Assembly (NCBI GenBank): GCA_934101795.1
Contig: CAKORY010000001.1
Location: forward strand, 76,878-140,877
Reading direction: 5' to 3'
Source of the DNA: an uncultured Bacilli bacterium
GTDB lineage: Bacteria > Bacillota_I > Bacilli_A > RF39 > UBA660
DNA: 64,000 bases
Shown here: one piece after another, positions 39,060 to 49,643 of the stretch
Layout: every line of letters begins with the position of its first letter
How positions within the stretch are numbered: the stretch's first letter is position 1
Translations under genes and position numbers: made by a program
Notes under the pieces: model-generated
What the model saw: only the letters and a program-made list of their open reading frames with translations
The model's database searches: none
Told to the model about the DNA's origin: nothing

Positions 39060-39242
39060 TGATAGAAAGAATAGAATATCTTGAACAATTAAAAAGATTT
39101 ATTAGAAAGAGAGTTAAAATCTTTACAAAAAACAAAAGACCATTATCCAAAATATTTAATAACATATGATATGGATTTAGAAACAGATTATGATGGTATA
39201 ACAAAAATAAATATAGTTGATTGGTTATTAAAAGAAGAATAA
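39060..39242 (+). pseudogene. possible remnant of a COG1373/DUF4143-type AAA ATPase gene (N-terminal 36 codons, then a frameshift, then a 23-codon C-terminal piece)
   Basis: MIERIEYLEQLKRFI... resembles the characteristic N-terminus of COG1373 ATPases, but there is no P-loop. A second frame gives MDLETDYDGITKINIVDWLLKEE. Confidence 0.2.
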
Positions 39243-39377
39243 AAAACATGTAAAATTTAAAGAAAAGTTAAAAAAGACTTTTCTTTAAATTTTATTTATG
39301 GTATTATATGCTTATAGCATAGAGAACTTATTCTATGTGGCAATAACTATTGTCTTTTAGAAAGAAGGAGTGAAGAC

Positions 39378-40832
39378 ATGGAAAAAAGTAAAAAGAATGC
39401 AATAGTATTAAGTGTAATAGCAGTAGTTACATTAATTGCTTTAGTAGTTGGTGCAACATATGCATACTTTAAAGCACAAGGGGGAACAGGTAAGTCTACG
39501 GATGTTAAGGTTACAACATATACAACTGATATGCTTACATTTACAACTGGAAGTGCTATAAGTTTATATGCAGATCAATCATCATTTGGTCAAGAAAAAG
39601 GAAGTCTATCTGGAGAAACATTTGCCAAAGCAACATTAGTTGCAAATAATAAGACAAATGAAGCAACAGATAACTATTATGTATATTTTAATATTGAAAA
39701 TAATACATTCAAATATACATTAGGTAATGACAAACCAGAACTTATATTAACAGTTACAGGACCAGATGGAAGTGAAGTAACAGAAATTTCAGGACTAACT
39801 TATAAAACAGTTCAAGATAGGGAAAACAAAACTATCAAAGGTTTTGATGTTACCACAACTAATGGTTTAATAACTATAGCAAATAAGAAAACAATAACAG
39901 CAACACCAAGTAAAGAAGAACAATATACACTAAAGCTTACATTTGTAAACTATGAAGGCGATCAAACAGAAAATGCAAAAAGTACACTCAGTGCAAAGGT
40001 AATGATCCAAAAAGAACTAATACCTCAAGTAGTAAGTGATGTGTGTACAAATGGAGAAAACTTAGCAACATGTATAACAACGTTAGCAGGAAAAAGTTCA
40101 GCATCTTTAACAAAGATATATCATCATAATGCAAGCTTAACAAATGGAGCAGGAGATAATTCATACAGATTTGCAGGAGCAAGTGATCAAGTAAATAACT
40201 ATGTATGTTTTGGAAGTACAAAAAGTCCATGCCCAGCTGAAAATCTATACAGAATAATCGGAGTATTTGGAGATAAAGTAAAACTAATCAAATCAACATC
40301 TGTAGGAGACATGAAATGGAGTGATAATAGAAACACATGGTCAACATCAAGTCTAAATACATATTTAAATGATGAATTTATAAATACATTTGATACAGGA
40401 ACTGACTGGGCAGCTAAAATAGCAGATACAACATGGAGTGTTGGAGGATTTTCTGATCCTAGTCTACCTGCCAAAACGGTATATCAAAATGAAATTAATT
40501 CATCACCAAGTGAAACTAAAAAAATAGGCTTAATGTATGCAAGTGACTATGGGTTTGCAGCAGCTCCAAGTGCATGGACAATAAATCTTAATGATTATGA
40601 TGGCGCAGCCATCAAAAGTGTCAATTGGATGTATATGGGGCTTAATGAATGGACAATTTCCCGTTATGCGAACGATAAGGACGGTGCGTTCATTGTGAAT
40701 AACGCCGGCAACGTGAAACTCAACTTCGTTTACGGTGATGCGTTCGGTGTTCGGCCAGTCTTCAATCTCACATCTTCCGTGAACTATGCATCGGGTAGTG
40801 GCTCTGCCACTGATCCAATTGTGGTAAGCTAG
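39378..40832 (+). CDS. TasA/camelysin-like secreted protein with a SipW-cognate-like signal, fused to a C-terminal domain shared with ORF 9239
   Basis: The signal is KKNAIVLSVIAVVTLIALVVGATYAYFKAQ (compare TasA/CalY GGGTFAFFSD). The N-domain is homologous to ORF 58783. The C-domain is homologous to ORF 9239. The last approximately 65 codons are encoded by GC-rich DNA. Confidence 0.5.
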   Translation: MEKSKKNAIVLSVIAVVTLIALVVGATYAYFKAQGGTGKSTDVKVTTYTTDMLTFTTGSAISLYADQSSFGQEKGSLSGETFAKATLVANNKTNEATDNYYVYFNIENNTFKYTLGNDKPELILTVTGPDGSEVTEISGLTYKTVQDRENKTIKGFDVTTTNGLITIANKKTITATPSKEEQYTLKLTFVNYEGDQTENAKSTLSAKVMIQKELIPQVVSDVCTNGENLATCITTLAGKSSASLTKIYHHNASLTNGAGDNSYRFAGASDQVNNYVCFGSTKSPCPAENLYRIIGVFGDKVKLIKSTSVGDMKWSDNRNTWSTSSLNTYLNDEFINTFDTGTDWAAKIADTTWSVGGFSDPSLPAKTVYQNEINSSPSETKKIGLMYASDYGFAAAPSAWTINLNDYDGAAIKSVNWMYMGLNEWTISRYANDKDGAFIVNNAGNVKLNFVYGDAFGVRPVFNLTSSVNYASGSGSATDPIVVS

Positions 40833-41169
40833 GATAGGACATGCCTGCCAGAGCGCTACCGCGTGCTAGGTCAGGCCGGGTGCAAAATAAAAACGAAGGG
40901 AAGAAATTGGCGTGGTGGAAGACCCAACTGCCGAGTCTCGCGGTTTGTGCGAGGAGAGGCAGCGGCGCGCAAGTTATCAACACTAAAATAAAAAACAATA
41001 AGACTAAAAAAGGGTAATATTATAATAAAAATAAATTCTTGATATAAGAATTTATTTTTGTATAATAATATAGTCATCTAAATTTTATAAATTGTATAAC
41101 AAAAAGAAAAGAATGTAATACATCTACTTAAATTTCTAATAGAATTTAAGCTTTGTTAAAGAGGTAAAT

Positions 41170-43479
41170 ATGAATATAATAATAACTAATGAATCTAATA
41201 AACTAAAATTATTACATAAATTAAATAATAATAAAGTATTTAATAATAATAAGTTTATTACTTTTAAAGAACTTAAAAAGAAATTATTCTTTGATTATGA
41301 TGATAATACTTTAGAATATATTATGACTAAATATAATGTTAATATAAATATAGCTAAAATATATTTATATAATATGTATTTCTTAAAAGAAATAGATAAT
41401 GATAAAGTAATATTTTTAAATAAGTTAAAAAAAGAACTTGATGATAATAAGTTACTTATATATAATCCATTATTTAAAAAATATATCTTAAATCAGGAAA
41501 TAACTATATATGGTAAAGATATACTAACTAAAGAAGAAAAACTAATATTAAATAATTTAAACTATAAAATAGAATATAATCCTACATATGGTTTTAAACC
41601 ATATGTATATGAAGCTACAAGCATAAAAGAAGAACTTGAGTATATTTGTATAGAAATAAAGAAATTACTCCATAAAGGTATTAATATTAATAATATAAAG
41701 CTAATAGCAGATAAAGAGTATTATAAATATATAGAATATTATTTTAAATTATTTAATATACCTATTAATATAGATAATAATTCTTCATTTTTAAGTTTAA
41801 GTATATCTAAAGAATTTTTAAATCTTTATGATAATAAAGATATAGATGAAGTAATAGATATCTTAAGTAGAAAGTATAGTAATGTAAATGAACTTATTAC
41901 TATTATAAATAAGTCTGTACATGTAAAAGGTAAGAGAATTAGGAAAGAATTTATTAAAAGAGATTTAAAACTATGTAAAGTAGAAAATACTTTATATAAA
42001 GATGCTATTTCTATTCATTCTTTAGATGAAGTATATGATGAATTAGATTATGTATTTTTATTAGGTTTTAACATGGGAAGTTATCCAAAAACAATAATGG
42101 ATGATGACTTTTTAAGTGATAATATAAAGACTAAACTAGGTCTTGATACTTCTTTAGAATTAAATAGAATAAATAAAGATAATATTATTAAATTAATAAG
42201 TAATATCCCTAATTTAACTATAAGTTATTCTTTAAATGATTTTAATAAAGTATTATATCCATCAAGTTTAATTGAAGATTTAGGACTTGAGGTAAAAAAT
42301 ATTAATATAGATAAGAAAGTGTCTTTCAGCAAAAAATATAGTGAACTAGAATATGCTATGGATTTAGATAATTTATATAAATATAATGATGAAAGTAAGT
42401 ATTTAAAAATGTATCAACATAATTTAAATATACCATATAGAGAATATAATAATAAGTTTACTAATATAGATAATACTTTACTTAAAGAAAGACTTGAAGA
42501 GGAAATAAATTTATCTTATACAAGTTTAGAAACTTATAATGAATGTAGTTTTAGATATTATTTAGCTAAAATATTAAATTTAGATGTTTTTGAAGAATCA
42601 TTTAAAACTATAATTGGACAAATAGTGCATCATATATTAGAGATTGGTATAAATAAAGAAATTGATATAGAAAAAGAAATAAGTTTATTTATTAAAGATT
42701 TAGATTTTGAATTTAAAGAAAGAGAACTATTTTATATACATATATTAAGTAAAGAAATAGATTTTTTACTTAAATATTTAAATGAACAAAAAAAGGTAAG
42801 TAGTTTAAATGATTATTTATTTGAAACTGAGCTTAATGTGGAAAAAGAGTATGATGGAGTAAATGTAAACTTTAAAGGCTTTATAGATAAAGTAATGAGC
42901 ACTAAATACAATGATAAAGAAGTAATAGCTGTAGTAGATTATAAAACTGGGGATAAGAATATAAAACTTGATACTTTAGAATATGGTCTTAATATGCAAC
43001 TTCCAATATATTTATATTTACTTAAAACAAGTGCTAGATTTAAAAACTCTATTATTGCAGGTTTTTATATAGAAAGAGTACTTAATAATGTTTTAAATAG
43101 AGATAAGCTTAAGTCTTTGGAAACTTTAAAGAAAGATAATTTAAGATTATCTGGTTATACAAATAGTAATGAAACTATAATGAGTCTTCTTGATAGCAAC
43201 TATAAAGATAGTAAGATGATAAAAGGTTTAAGATTTAAAAAAGATGGTTCTTTTTATAGCAGTAGCAAAGTGTTATCTAATGAAGAAATGGATGATTTAA
43301 TAATTAAAGTAAATGAGATTATAGATGATGTAATAAAGAATATTGTGGAAGGTAATTTTAATATTAATCCTAAGGTACTGGGTGGTAAAAATATATCATG
43401 TACTTATTGTAAATTTAAAGATATATGTTTTAAAACAAAAGATGATGAAGTAATACTTGAAGATAGCAAAATCAATTGA
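41170..43479 (+). CDS. addB: AddB/RexB-like helicase-nuclease subunit (compact form)
   Basis: It lies directly upstream of the AddA-like gene. The C-terminal PD-(D/E)XK nuclease has an Fe-S Cys cluster (YNECSFRY...VDYKTGD...CTYCKFKDIC). Confidence 0.6.
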   Translation: MNIIITNESNKLKLLHKLNNNKVFNNNKFITFKELKKKLFFDYDDNTLEYIMTKYNVNINIAKIYLYNMYFLKEIDNDKVIFLNKLKKELDDNKLLIYNPLFKKYILNQEITIYGKDILTKEEKLILNNLNYKIEYNPTYGFKPYVYEATSIKEELEYICIEIKKLLHKGININNIKLIADKEYYKYIEYYFKLFNIPINIDNNSSFLSLSISKEFLNLYDNKDIDEVIDILSRKYSNVNELITIINKSVHVKGKRIRKEFIKRDLKLCKVENTLYKDAISIHSLDEVYDELDYVFLLGFNMGSYPKTIMDDDFLSDNIKTKLGLDTSLELNRINKDNIIKLISNIPNLTISYSLNDFNKVLYPSSLIEDLGLEVKNINIDKKVSFSKKYSELEYAMDLDNLYKYNDESKYLKMYQHNLNIPYREYNNKFTNIDNTLLKERLEEEINLSYTSLETYNECSFRYYLAKILNLDVFEESFKTIIGQIVHHILEIGINKEIDIEKEISLFIKDLDFEFKERELFYIHILSKEIDFLLKYLNEQKKVSSLNDYLFETELNVEKEYDGVNVNFKGFIDKVMSTKYNDKEVIAVVDYKTGDKNIKLDTLEYGLNMQLPIYLYLLKTSARFKNSIIAGFYIERVLNNVLNRDKLKSLETLKKDNLRLSGYTNSNETIMSLLDSNYKDSKMIKGLRFKKDGSFYSSSKVLSNEEMDDLIIKVNEIIDDVIKNIVEGNFNINPKVLGGKNISCTYCKFKDICFKTKDDEVILEDSKIN

Positions 43480-43546
43480 CAATGATACGGATAAATTATA
43501 AAATATCCGTATGAATGAACAAAATTAATGTGCGATATTAAAAGAG

Positions 43547-46500
43547 GTGAAGAAGATGAATTTGACTCCTGAACAAAGTTTGGCTGTTAATTTGGAAGGA
43601 AAAAATATTATAGTATCTGCGGGTGCAGGTTCTGGTAAAACTGCAGTATTATCAGAAAGAGTGATTAGAAAACTTAAAGATGGCGTAGATATTAGAAATA
43701 TTTTAATGTTAACATTTACTAATGAAGCTGCCGGAGAAATGGCTGATAGAATTAGAAAAAAAATAAAAAAAGCTGGTTTAAAAGAGCAACTTGAATATTT
43801 AGATCAAGCATATATTACTACATTTGATGCATTTGCCTTAAATTTAGTTAAAAAGTATCATTATGTTCTTAACATGAGTAAAGATATTAGTATAATTGAT
43901 GCATCAATTATTAATTTGAAAAGAAAAGAATTTTTAGAAGAAATATTCGAAGAATTTTATGAAAGTAAAAATGAATTATTTTTAAAATTAATCGAAGACT
44001 TTACTAATAGAGATGATGAATTAATAAAAAATGCTGTTCTTTCTATTAATAGATTACTTGATTTAAAATATGATAAATATGATTATTTAAATAATTATGT
44101 AAATAATTATTATAGTGATGAATATGTAAATAACTCTTTTGATGAATACTTTAAATATGTTAAAACCCTTTCTGATACATTAGAAAGTAAAATACTTGAA
44201 ATAGAAAGCTACATGGATAGTAGTTCTTATGAAAAGATATATAATAGTGTATCTAATTTATTTAATCCTAAGTCTTATAATGATTTATATAAGTATAAAG
44301 ATTGTACTTTAGGTAAGTTTACTAAATTAGATGAAGAAGGTATATCTTTAAAAGAAGAAATACAAAATACATATAAAACTATATCTGATTTAATATTTTA
44401 TAGTGAGGATGAGTTAAAAAAAGATTATTTAAGTACTAAAGATTATGTTAAAATAATAATAGAAATTATATATAAATTAGATGATAAAATAAATGCTTTT
44501 AAGAAAGAATTTGATTCTTATGAATTTACAGATATAGCTAAAATGGCTATTAAAATAGTTGAAGAAAATGAAAGTATTAGGGAAGAACTTAAAAGTAAGT
44601 TTAATGAAATAATGATTGATGAATATCAAGATACAAGTGATTTACAAGAAACATTTATTAAATATTTAGAAAATGATAATGTTTATATGGTCGGAGATAT
44701 AAAACAATCTATTTATAGATTTAGAAATGCTAATCCTTTAATATTTAAAAATAAATATGATAAATATAGTAATCATGATGGCGGTGTAAAAATAGATTTA
44801 CTTAAAAACTTTAGGTCAAGAGAAGAAGTTTTATTTAATATTAATGAAATATTTGCTCGCCTTATGACTAAAGAACTCGGGGGTATTAATTATAAAGAAA
44901 GTCACGCTATGATATTTGGTAATGAGGCTTATGTTACTCTTGGTGCTAATAATAACAATAATTATATGGGTATATATACTTATAATAATGAGGATAAAAA
45001 GTATTCAAATGATGAAATTGAAGCTTTTATAATAGCAAATGATATTAAGAATAAAATTGCTGAGGATTATGAAGTATATGATTTTGATTTAGGAAAAAAT
45101 CGAAAAGCAAACTATAATGATTTTTGTATTATACTTGATCGTGGTAGTAAAATGAATTTATTTAAGAAAGTATTTGAGTACTTTAGTATACCAATGGAAA
45201 TATATAAAGATAGTAATTTAATGGAAGAAAATGATATTTATATTATTAAAAATATTATTAATTTATGCTTTTCTATTAAAAATGAAGTTTATGATAAAAA
45301 GTTTAGATATTATTTTACTAGTGTTGCTAGAAGTTATGTCGGAGGCTTAAATGATGCTGAAATATTTAATGATTTAGAAAATAATGGTATATTTAGAAGT
45401 GAAGTATTTAGAATATGTAAAGAAATAAGTAAAGAAATAGATCTTTTGACTCCGAATATGCTTTTAAAAAGAATAATTGATGATTTTAATTTTTATGAAA
45501 AATTTATTCTAGTGGGTAATGTTGATGCTGGTATAAAGAGAATGAATTATTTACTTGAGTTGTCTCTTAATATTGAAAATCTAGGTTTTACATGTGAAGA
45601 CTTTAGTAAGTATCTTGAAGACTTAGCAACCTCTAATAGTGAGATTAAATATAAAGAAGCTAAATCAAGTAGTATATCTGTTAAAATGATGAATATTCAT
45701 AAATCTAAAGGTCTTGAATTTCCAATATGTTATTTTACTGGTTTTCCTAAAACATTTAATTTAAGTGATTTAAAAAATAAATTTATGTTTGATAATAAGT
45801 ATGGTATTATAACACCATATTATAAAGATGGTATTGGTGAAGTATTTATTAAACAACTTGTTAAAAATGAGTATTATTTAAATGAAGTGGCAGAAAAGGT
45901 AAGATTATTTTATGTAGCACTTACAAGAAGTAAAGAAAAGATTATTATGGTAATGCCTGAGGTAAAGGATAAAACTAGAGCATGTGAAGAAGTAGACTTT
46001 CTAGAGGGATTAAGTTTTAGATCATTTTATAACTTTTTAGAAAGTATATATGGCAATATTGAAAAATATGTAACAAGCATTAATTTAAATAATATTGGTT
46101 TATCTAAAGAATATGAATTTAGCAAAGTAATAAGTAGAAATTTAGAAAGTAAAAAAGAAGAAATGGTCATATATGATGATGAAGTTTTATATGAAGAAGT
46201 AGAAAAGAAACATGCTTCTAAAACTATAAAAAGTATTTTAACTAAAGAAGAAGCTAAGACTTTAGAATTTGGTACATATATGCATGAAATATTTGAATTA
46301 ACTGATTTTAAAAATATAGAAACTGATAATAAGTATATAAATAAGTTATTAGATAGCTTTGATTTTAAAAATGCAGAAATATATCAAGAACTAGAGTTTA
46401 TATTTATAAAAGATGATATTAAATATCATGGTATTATAGATTTAATGCTTGAATATAGTGATAAAATATATATTGTGGATTATAAACTTAAAAATATTGA

Positions 46501-46630
46501 TGATGAAAATTATATTAAACAATTAAGTGTATATTATGATTATGTAAAAAGTATAAGTGACAAAGAAGTTTATTTATATTTATATTCAATAATAGATAAC
46601 AAAGTAAAGAAAATAGAGGTGATGGCATGA
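43547..46630 (+). CDS. addA: AddA/RexA-like UvrD-family helicase-nuclease
   Basis: The N-terminal Walker A is VSAGAGSGKT. UvrD motifs are present (DEYQDTS, GDIKQSIYRFRNA). The C-terminal RecB-type nuclease is GIIDLMLEY..IVDYK. The start may be the ATG at 43556. Confidence 0.8.
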   Translation: MKKMNLTPEQSLAVNLEGKNIIVSAGAGSGKTAVLSERVIRKLKDGVDIRNILMLTFTNEAAGEMADRIRKKIKKAGLKEQLEYLDQAYITTFDAFALNLVKKYHYVLNMSKDISIIDASIINLKRKEFLEEIFEEFYESKNELFLKLIEDFTNRDDELIKNAVLSINRLLDLKYDKYDYLNNYVNNYYSDEYVNNSFDEYFKYVKTLSDTLESKILEIESYMDSSSYEKIYNSVSNLFNPKSYNDLYKYKDCTLGKFTKLDEEGISLKEEIQNTYKTISDLIFYSEDELKKDYLSTKDYVKIIIEIIYKLDDKINAFKKEFDSYEFTDIAKMAIKIVEENESIREELKSKFNEIMIDEYQDTSDLQETFIKYLENDNVYMVGDIKQSIYRFRNANPLIFKNKYDKYSNHDGGVKIDLLKNFRSREEVLFNINEIFARLMTKELGGINYKESHAMIFGNEAYVTLGANNNNNYMGIYTYNNEDKKYSNDEIEAFIIANDIKNKIAEDYEVYDFDLGKNRKANYNDFCIILDRGSKMNLFKKVFEYFSIPMEIYKDSNLMEENDIYIIKNIINLCFSIKNEVYDKKFRYYFTSVARSYVGGLNDAEIFNDLENNGIFRSEVFRICKEISKEIDLLTPNMLLKRIIDDFNFYEKFILVGNVDAGIKRMNYLLELSLNIENLGFTCEDFSKYLEDLATSNSEIKYKEAKSSSISVKMMNIHKSKGLEFPICYFTGFPKTFNLSDLKNKFMFDNKYGIITPYYKDGIGEVFIKQLVKNEYYLNEVAEKVRLFYVALTRSKEKIIMVMPEVKDKTRACEEVDFLEGLSFRSFYNFLESIYGNIEKYVTSINLNNIGLSKEYEFSKVISRNLESKKEEMVIYDDEVLYEEVEKKHASKTIKSILTKEEAKTLEFGTYMHEIFELTDFKNIETDNKYINKLLDSFDFKNAEIYQELEFIFIKDDIKYHGIIDLMLEYSDKIYIVDYKLKNIDDENYIKQLSVYYDYVKSISDKEVYLYLYSIIDNKVKKIEVMA

Positions 46631-47793
46631 TGATAGCAATTATTGGGGCTGGTCCAGCAGGCTTAGCAGCAGCTAAAATCATATCAAAAAAAAGTCAAGT
46701 TGTAGTATTTGAGAAAAATAGTGATGCTGGTAAAAAGCTTCTTTTAACGGGAAGCGGAAGATGTAATATTGGTAATACTAATAATGATTTAAGTAAGTAT
46801 CATTCAAGTAACAATGAACTTATAGAAAAGATAATAAATGATAAAAATTTAGATAAAGTAAATAATTTTTTCAAAGAAATAGGTTTAGTTTTAAAAGATA
46901 AAAATGGTTATCTTTATCCGTATAGTGAAAAATCATCTAGTGTTTTATCTTGTCTAAAGAATTCTTTAGATGTTGATTTTAGATTTAATACTAATATTGA
47001 AAACATTGAAAGGAAAAATGATAAGTTTATTATTAATCATGAAACTTTTGATAAAGTAATTATTACAACCGGAGGACTTAGCTATCCAAAGACTGGAAGC
47101 TCTGGTGAAGGTTTTTCATTAGCTAAAGATTTTGGTCATAAAGTAATTAATTTAAATCCATCTTTAATGGCCCTTGAAACAAATACTGGGCTAGAAAAAG
47201 AGTGGGCTGGCATTAGATGCGAGGTAAATGTATCAAGTTATATTGATAAAGCAAAAGTAAAAGAAGAACATGGTGAACTACAATTTACAAGTTTTGGTTT
47301 AAGTGGTATTTGTATTTTTAATTTAAGCCGGGATATAAGACTGGCTTTAAATGAAGAAAAGGAATGTGAAGTAAAACTTAACTTTTGTCCATGGACAGCT
47401 CATTTAAGTAACTATATGGAAGAAAATAAAGATAAATATCTAACAAATATATGTGATGGTTTTTTAGATTATAAATTAACTAATATAATACTTAAGTATT
47501 TAAAAATTAAAGATAAAAAATGGTGTGAATTAAAAATAGATGAAAAGAATAAATTTATCGAGACTTTAACTAATTTTAAAGTCAAAATTACAGATACTAA
47601 AGGTTATTTAGATGCGCAGGTAACTAGTGGGGGAGTATCACTTGAAGAAATAAATTTAGAAACAATGGAATCTAAACTTGTTAAAAATCTTTATTTTGCT
47701 GGAGAAGTCCTAGATTTAGATGGTGATTGTGGGGGATATAACCTAACTATAAGTTTTGTAACAGGTTTAATTGCAGGAGATAATCATGATTAG
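46627..47793 (+). CDS. HI0933/BaiN-family flavoprotein (NAD(FAD)-utilizing dehydrogenase)
   Basis: The N-terminal FAD-binding motif is IIGAGPAGLAAA. GSGRCN is present. The gene overlaps the addA stop. Confidence 0.7.
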   Translation: MMIAIIGAGPAGLAAAKIISKKSQVVVFEKNSDAGKKLLLTGSGRCNIGNTNNDLSKYHSSNNELIEKIINDKNLDKVNNFFKEIGLVLKDKNGYLYPYSEKSSSVLSCLKNSLDVDFRFNTNIENIERKNDKFIINHETFDKVIITTGGLSYPKTGSSGEGFSLAKDFGHKVINLNPSLMALETNTGLEKEWAGIRCEVNVSSYIDKAKVKEEHGELQFTSFGLSGICIFNLSRDIRLALNEEKECEVKLNFCPWTAHLSNYMEENKDKYLTNICDGFLDYKLTNIILKYLKIKDKKWCELKIDEKNKFIETLTNFKVKITDTKGYLDAQVTSGGVSLEEINLETMESKLVKNLYFAGEVLDLDGDCGGYNLTISFVTGLIAGDNHD

Positions 47794-49345
47794 AATTAAA
47801 AATATTAAAACTGAAATTAAGGAAAATATTGATGTTTATGAACTAGCAAGTAAAAAGTTAAAAGTAAGTAAAAATTCTTTGAAAAAAGTAATTATTCATA
47901 AAAAGGCGATTGATGCTCGGAGTAAACACATGTTTTCTTATGTATTTGATTTAGATGTTCAAATAGATAATGAAAATAGTTTTTTGAAAGAAAATATAAT
48001 TAAAGTAGAAAATGAAGAATATGTGTTACCTCAGATGGGAAAAGAAACATTAAATAAAAGACCAATAGTTATTGGGGCAGGCCCAGCAGGTTTGTTTTGT
48101 ACCTTTTTTCTTGCTAAAAACAGATATAAGCCGATACTTTTTGAACGCGGTGAAAAAATAGAACAAAGAGTTAAGACAGTCGAAGACTTATGGCAAAATA
48201 ATAATTTTGTATCAAATAGTAATGTTCAATTTGGTGAAGGTGGTGCTGGTACATTTAGTGATGGTAAACTTAATACTTTAGTTAAAGATAAAGCTGGTAG
48301 AATGAGGGAAGTATTTAAGATTTTTGTTGAGTGCGGAGCTCCGGAAGAAATACTTTATGATAGTAAACCTCACATAGGTACTGATATTTTAAGAAAAGTA
48401 GTAATAAATCTAAGAGAAAAAATAATATCTATGGGAGGAGAAATCCATTATAATTCTTGTTTGGAAGATATTATAGTAGAAAATAATAAGATAAAATCTG
48501 TTATAGTTAGTGGTAAATGTATCGATACTGATGTACTAGTCTTAGCTATTGGTCATTCAGCTCGTGATACATTTAAAATGCTTAATAATAAAAAGATTTA
48601 TATGGAAGCTAAACCTTTTGCAGTTGGCATTAGAATAATTCATCCACAGAAAATGATTAATGAAAATCAATATCCAATAAATTATCCGTTTTTACCATCT
48701 GCATCATATAAACTTACATATAAAAGTAAAAGTGGACGTGGTGTTTACAGTTTTTGTATGTGTCCAGGTGGTTATGTTGTAAATAGTAGAAGTACCATAA
48801 ATGGTATTTGTGTAAATGGTATGAGTAATTATAAAAGAGATTCAGGCTTTGCTAATAGTGCTATTGTTGTAACTGTATCACCTGAAGACTATGGTAATAA
48901 TCCTTTAGATGGAATAGGTTTTCAAGAAAATTTAGAACAAAAAGCATATAATATTGGAAATGGTGTTATTCCTATTCAAAGGTATGTTGATTATAAAAAT
49001 AATACTATTTCAGAAAATATTGATATAGATGCTTTTAAAGGTAAAACCCATTTAGCTAATATAAATGATATTTTTCCAAAGTATATAAATGAAAGTTTAA
49101 AAGAAGGAATAGATTATTTTAATAATAAAATAAATGGATTTAATGGTAATGCTTCAGTTATAGCAGCACCAGAAGCCAGAACTAGTAGTCCAGTTCGTAT
49201 TGTTCGTGATGAAGATTTTAATTCAAGCGTTAAAGGTATTTATCCATGTGGTGAAGGTGCAGGTTATGCCGGAGGTATCACAACAAGTGCTATGGATGGC
49301 ATAAAAGTTTTTGAGAGTATATATAAAAGATACAAAAATAAATAG
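47771..49345 (+). CDS. FAD-dependent protein (COG2509-type uncharacterised dehydrogenase)
   Basis: An internal FAD motif is VIGAGPAGLFCTFFLA. GEGGAGTFSDGKLNT is present. Confidence 0.65.
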   Translation: MQEIIMIRIKNIKTEIKENIDVYELASKKLKVSKNSLKKVIIHKKAIDARSKHMFSYVFDLDVQIDNENSFLKENIIKVENEEYVLPQMGKETLNKRPIVIGAGPAGLFCTFFLAKNRYKPILFERGEKIEQRVKTVEDLWQNNNFVSNSNVQFGEGGAGTFSDGKLNTLVKDKAGRMREVFKIFVECGAPEEILYDSKPHIGTDILRKVVINLREKIISMGGEIHYNSCLEDIIVENNKIKSVIVSGKCIDTDVLVLAIGHSARDTFKMLNNKKIYMEAKPFAVGIRIIHPQKMINENQYPINYPFLPSASYKLTYKSKSGRGVYSFCMCPGGYVVNSRSTINGICVNGMSNYKRDSGFANSAIVVTVSPEDYGNNPLDGIGFQENLEQKAYNIGNGVIPIQRYVDYKNNTISENIDIDAFKGKTHLANINDIFPKYINESLKEGIDYFNNKINGFNGNASVIAAPEARTSSPVRIVRDEDFNSSVKGIYPCGEGAGYAGGITTSAMDGIKVFESIYKRYKNK

Positions 49346-49418
49346 AGTTAAACAAAATTTATTGCTATTTAAATAATGAATATGTTATAATTTATGAGAA
49401 AAGAAGTGAGGTGCATTT

Positions 49419-49528
49419 ATGAAAACATTTAAGAAAAATTTACCTGAAGGCGTAAAAAAACAATTTGCTTTATATAAAGGTGTAAAGGTAAGATTAATTA
49501 ATAAAAATACTAAAAAGAAAAATAAATA
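49419..49528 (+). CDS. small basic hypothetical protein (36 aa)
   Basis: MKTFKKNLPEGVKKQFALYKGVKVRLINKNTKKKNK has a GAGGTG RBS. It is followed by a terminator at 49555-49580. Confidence 0.3.
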
Positions 49529-49554
49529 GTATATATTATGACAAAAGTCGACAT

Positions 49555-49580
49555 GAAGGATGAAAATCCTTCTTTTTTTG
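49555..49580 (+). terminator. rho-independent terminator (GAAGGA-TGAAAA-TCCTTC plus T7)
   Basis: gaaggatgaaaatccttcttttttt. Confidence 0.75.
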
Positions 49581-49643
49581 TCAAAATCTCTTATGTACTT
49601 TTAGAAATTTTAGTGTTAGATTATTTCTTGAGGAGGAAAGAAA

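Noticed and set aside
38870-39169. Track ORF encoding MTAKRCKCEQKVPAKRCKYEQKV... (99 aa)
   Set aside because: The repetitive peptide is just the translation of the 32-bp tandem DNA repeat array. It has no RBS and no independent coding evidence.
39378-39470. 'GATYAYF' N-termini as type IV pilin / competence pseudopilin signals
   Set aside because: There is no G-F/M-T-L-I/V-E prepilin peptidase motif (no conserved Glu+5). The spacing and residues fit the TasA/CalY SipW-type signal better.
40768-41077. Two minus-strand ORFs (76 and 68 aa) in the GC-rich patch
   Set aside because: The GC-rich composition removes stop codons by chance. They overlap the 3' end of the plus-strand gene and have no RBS.
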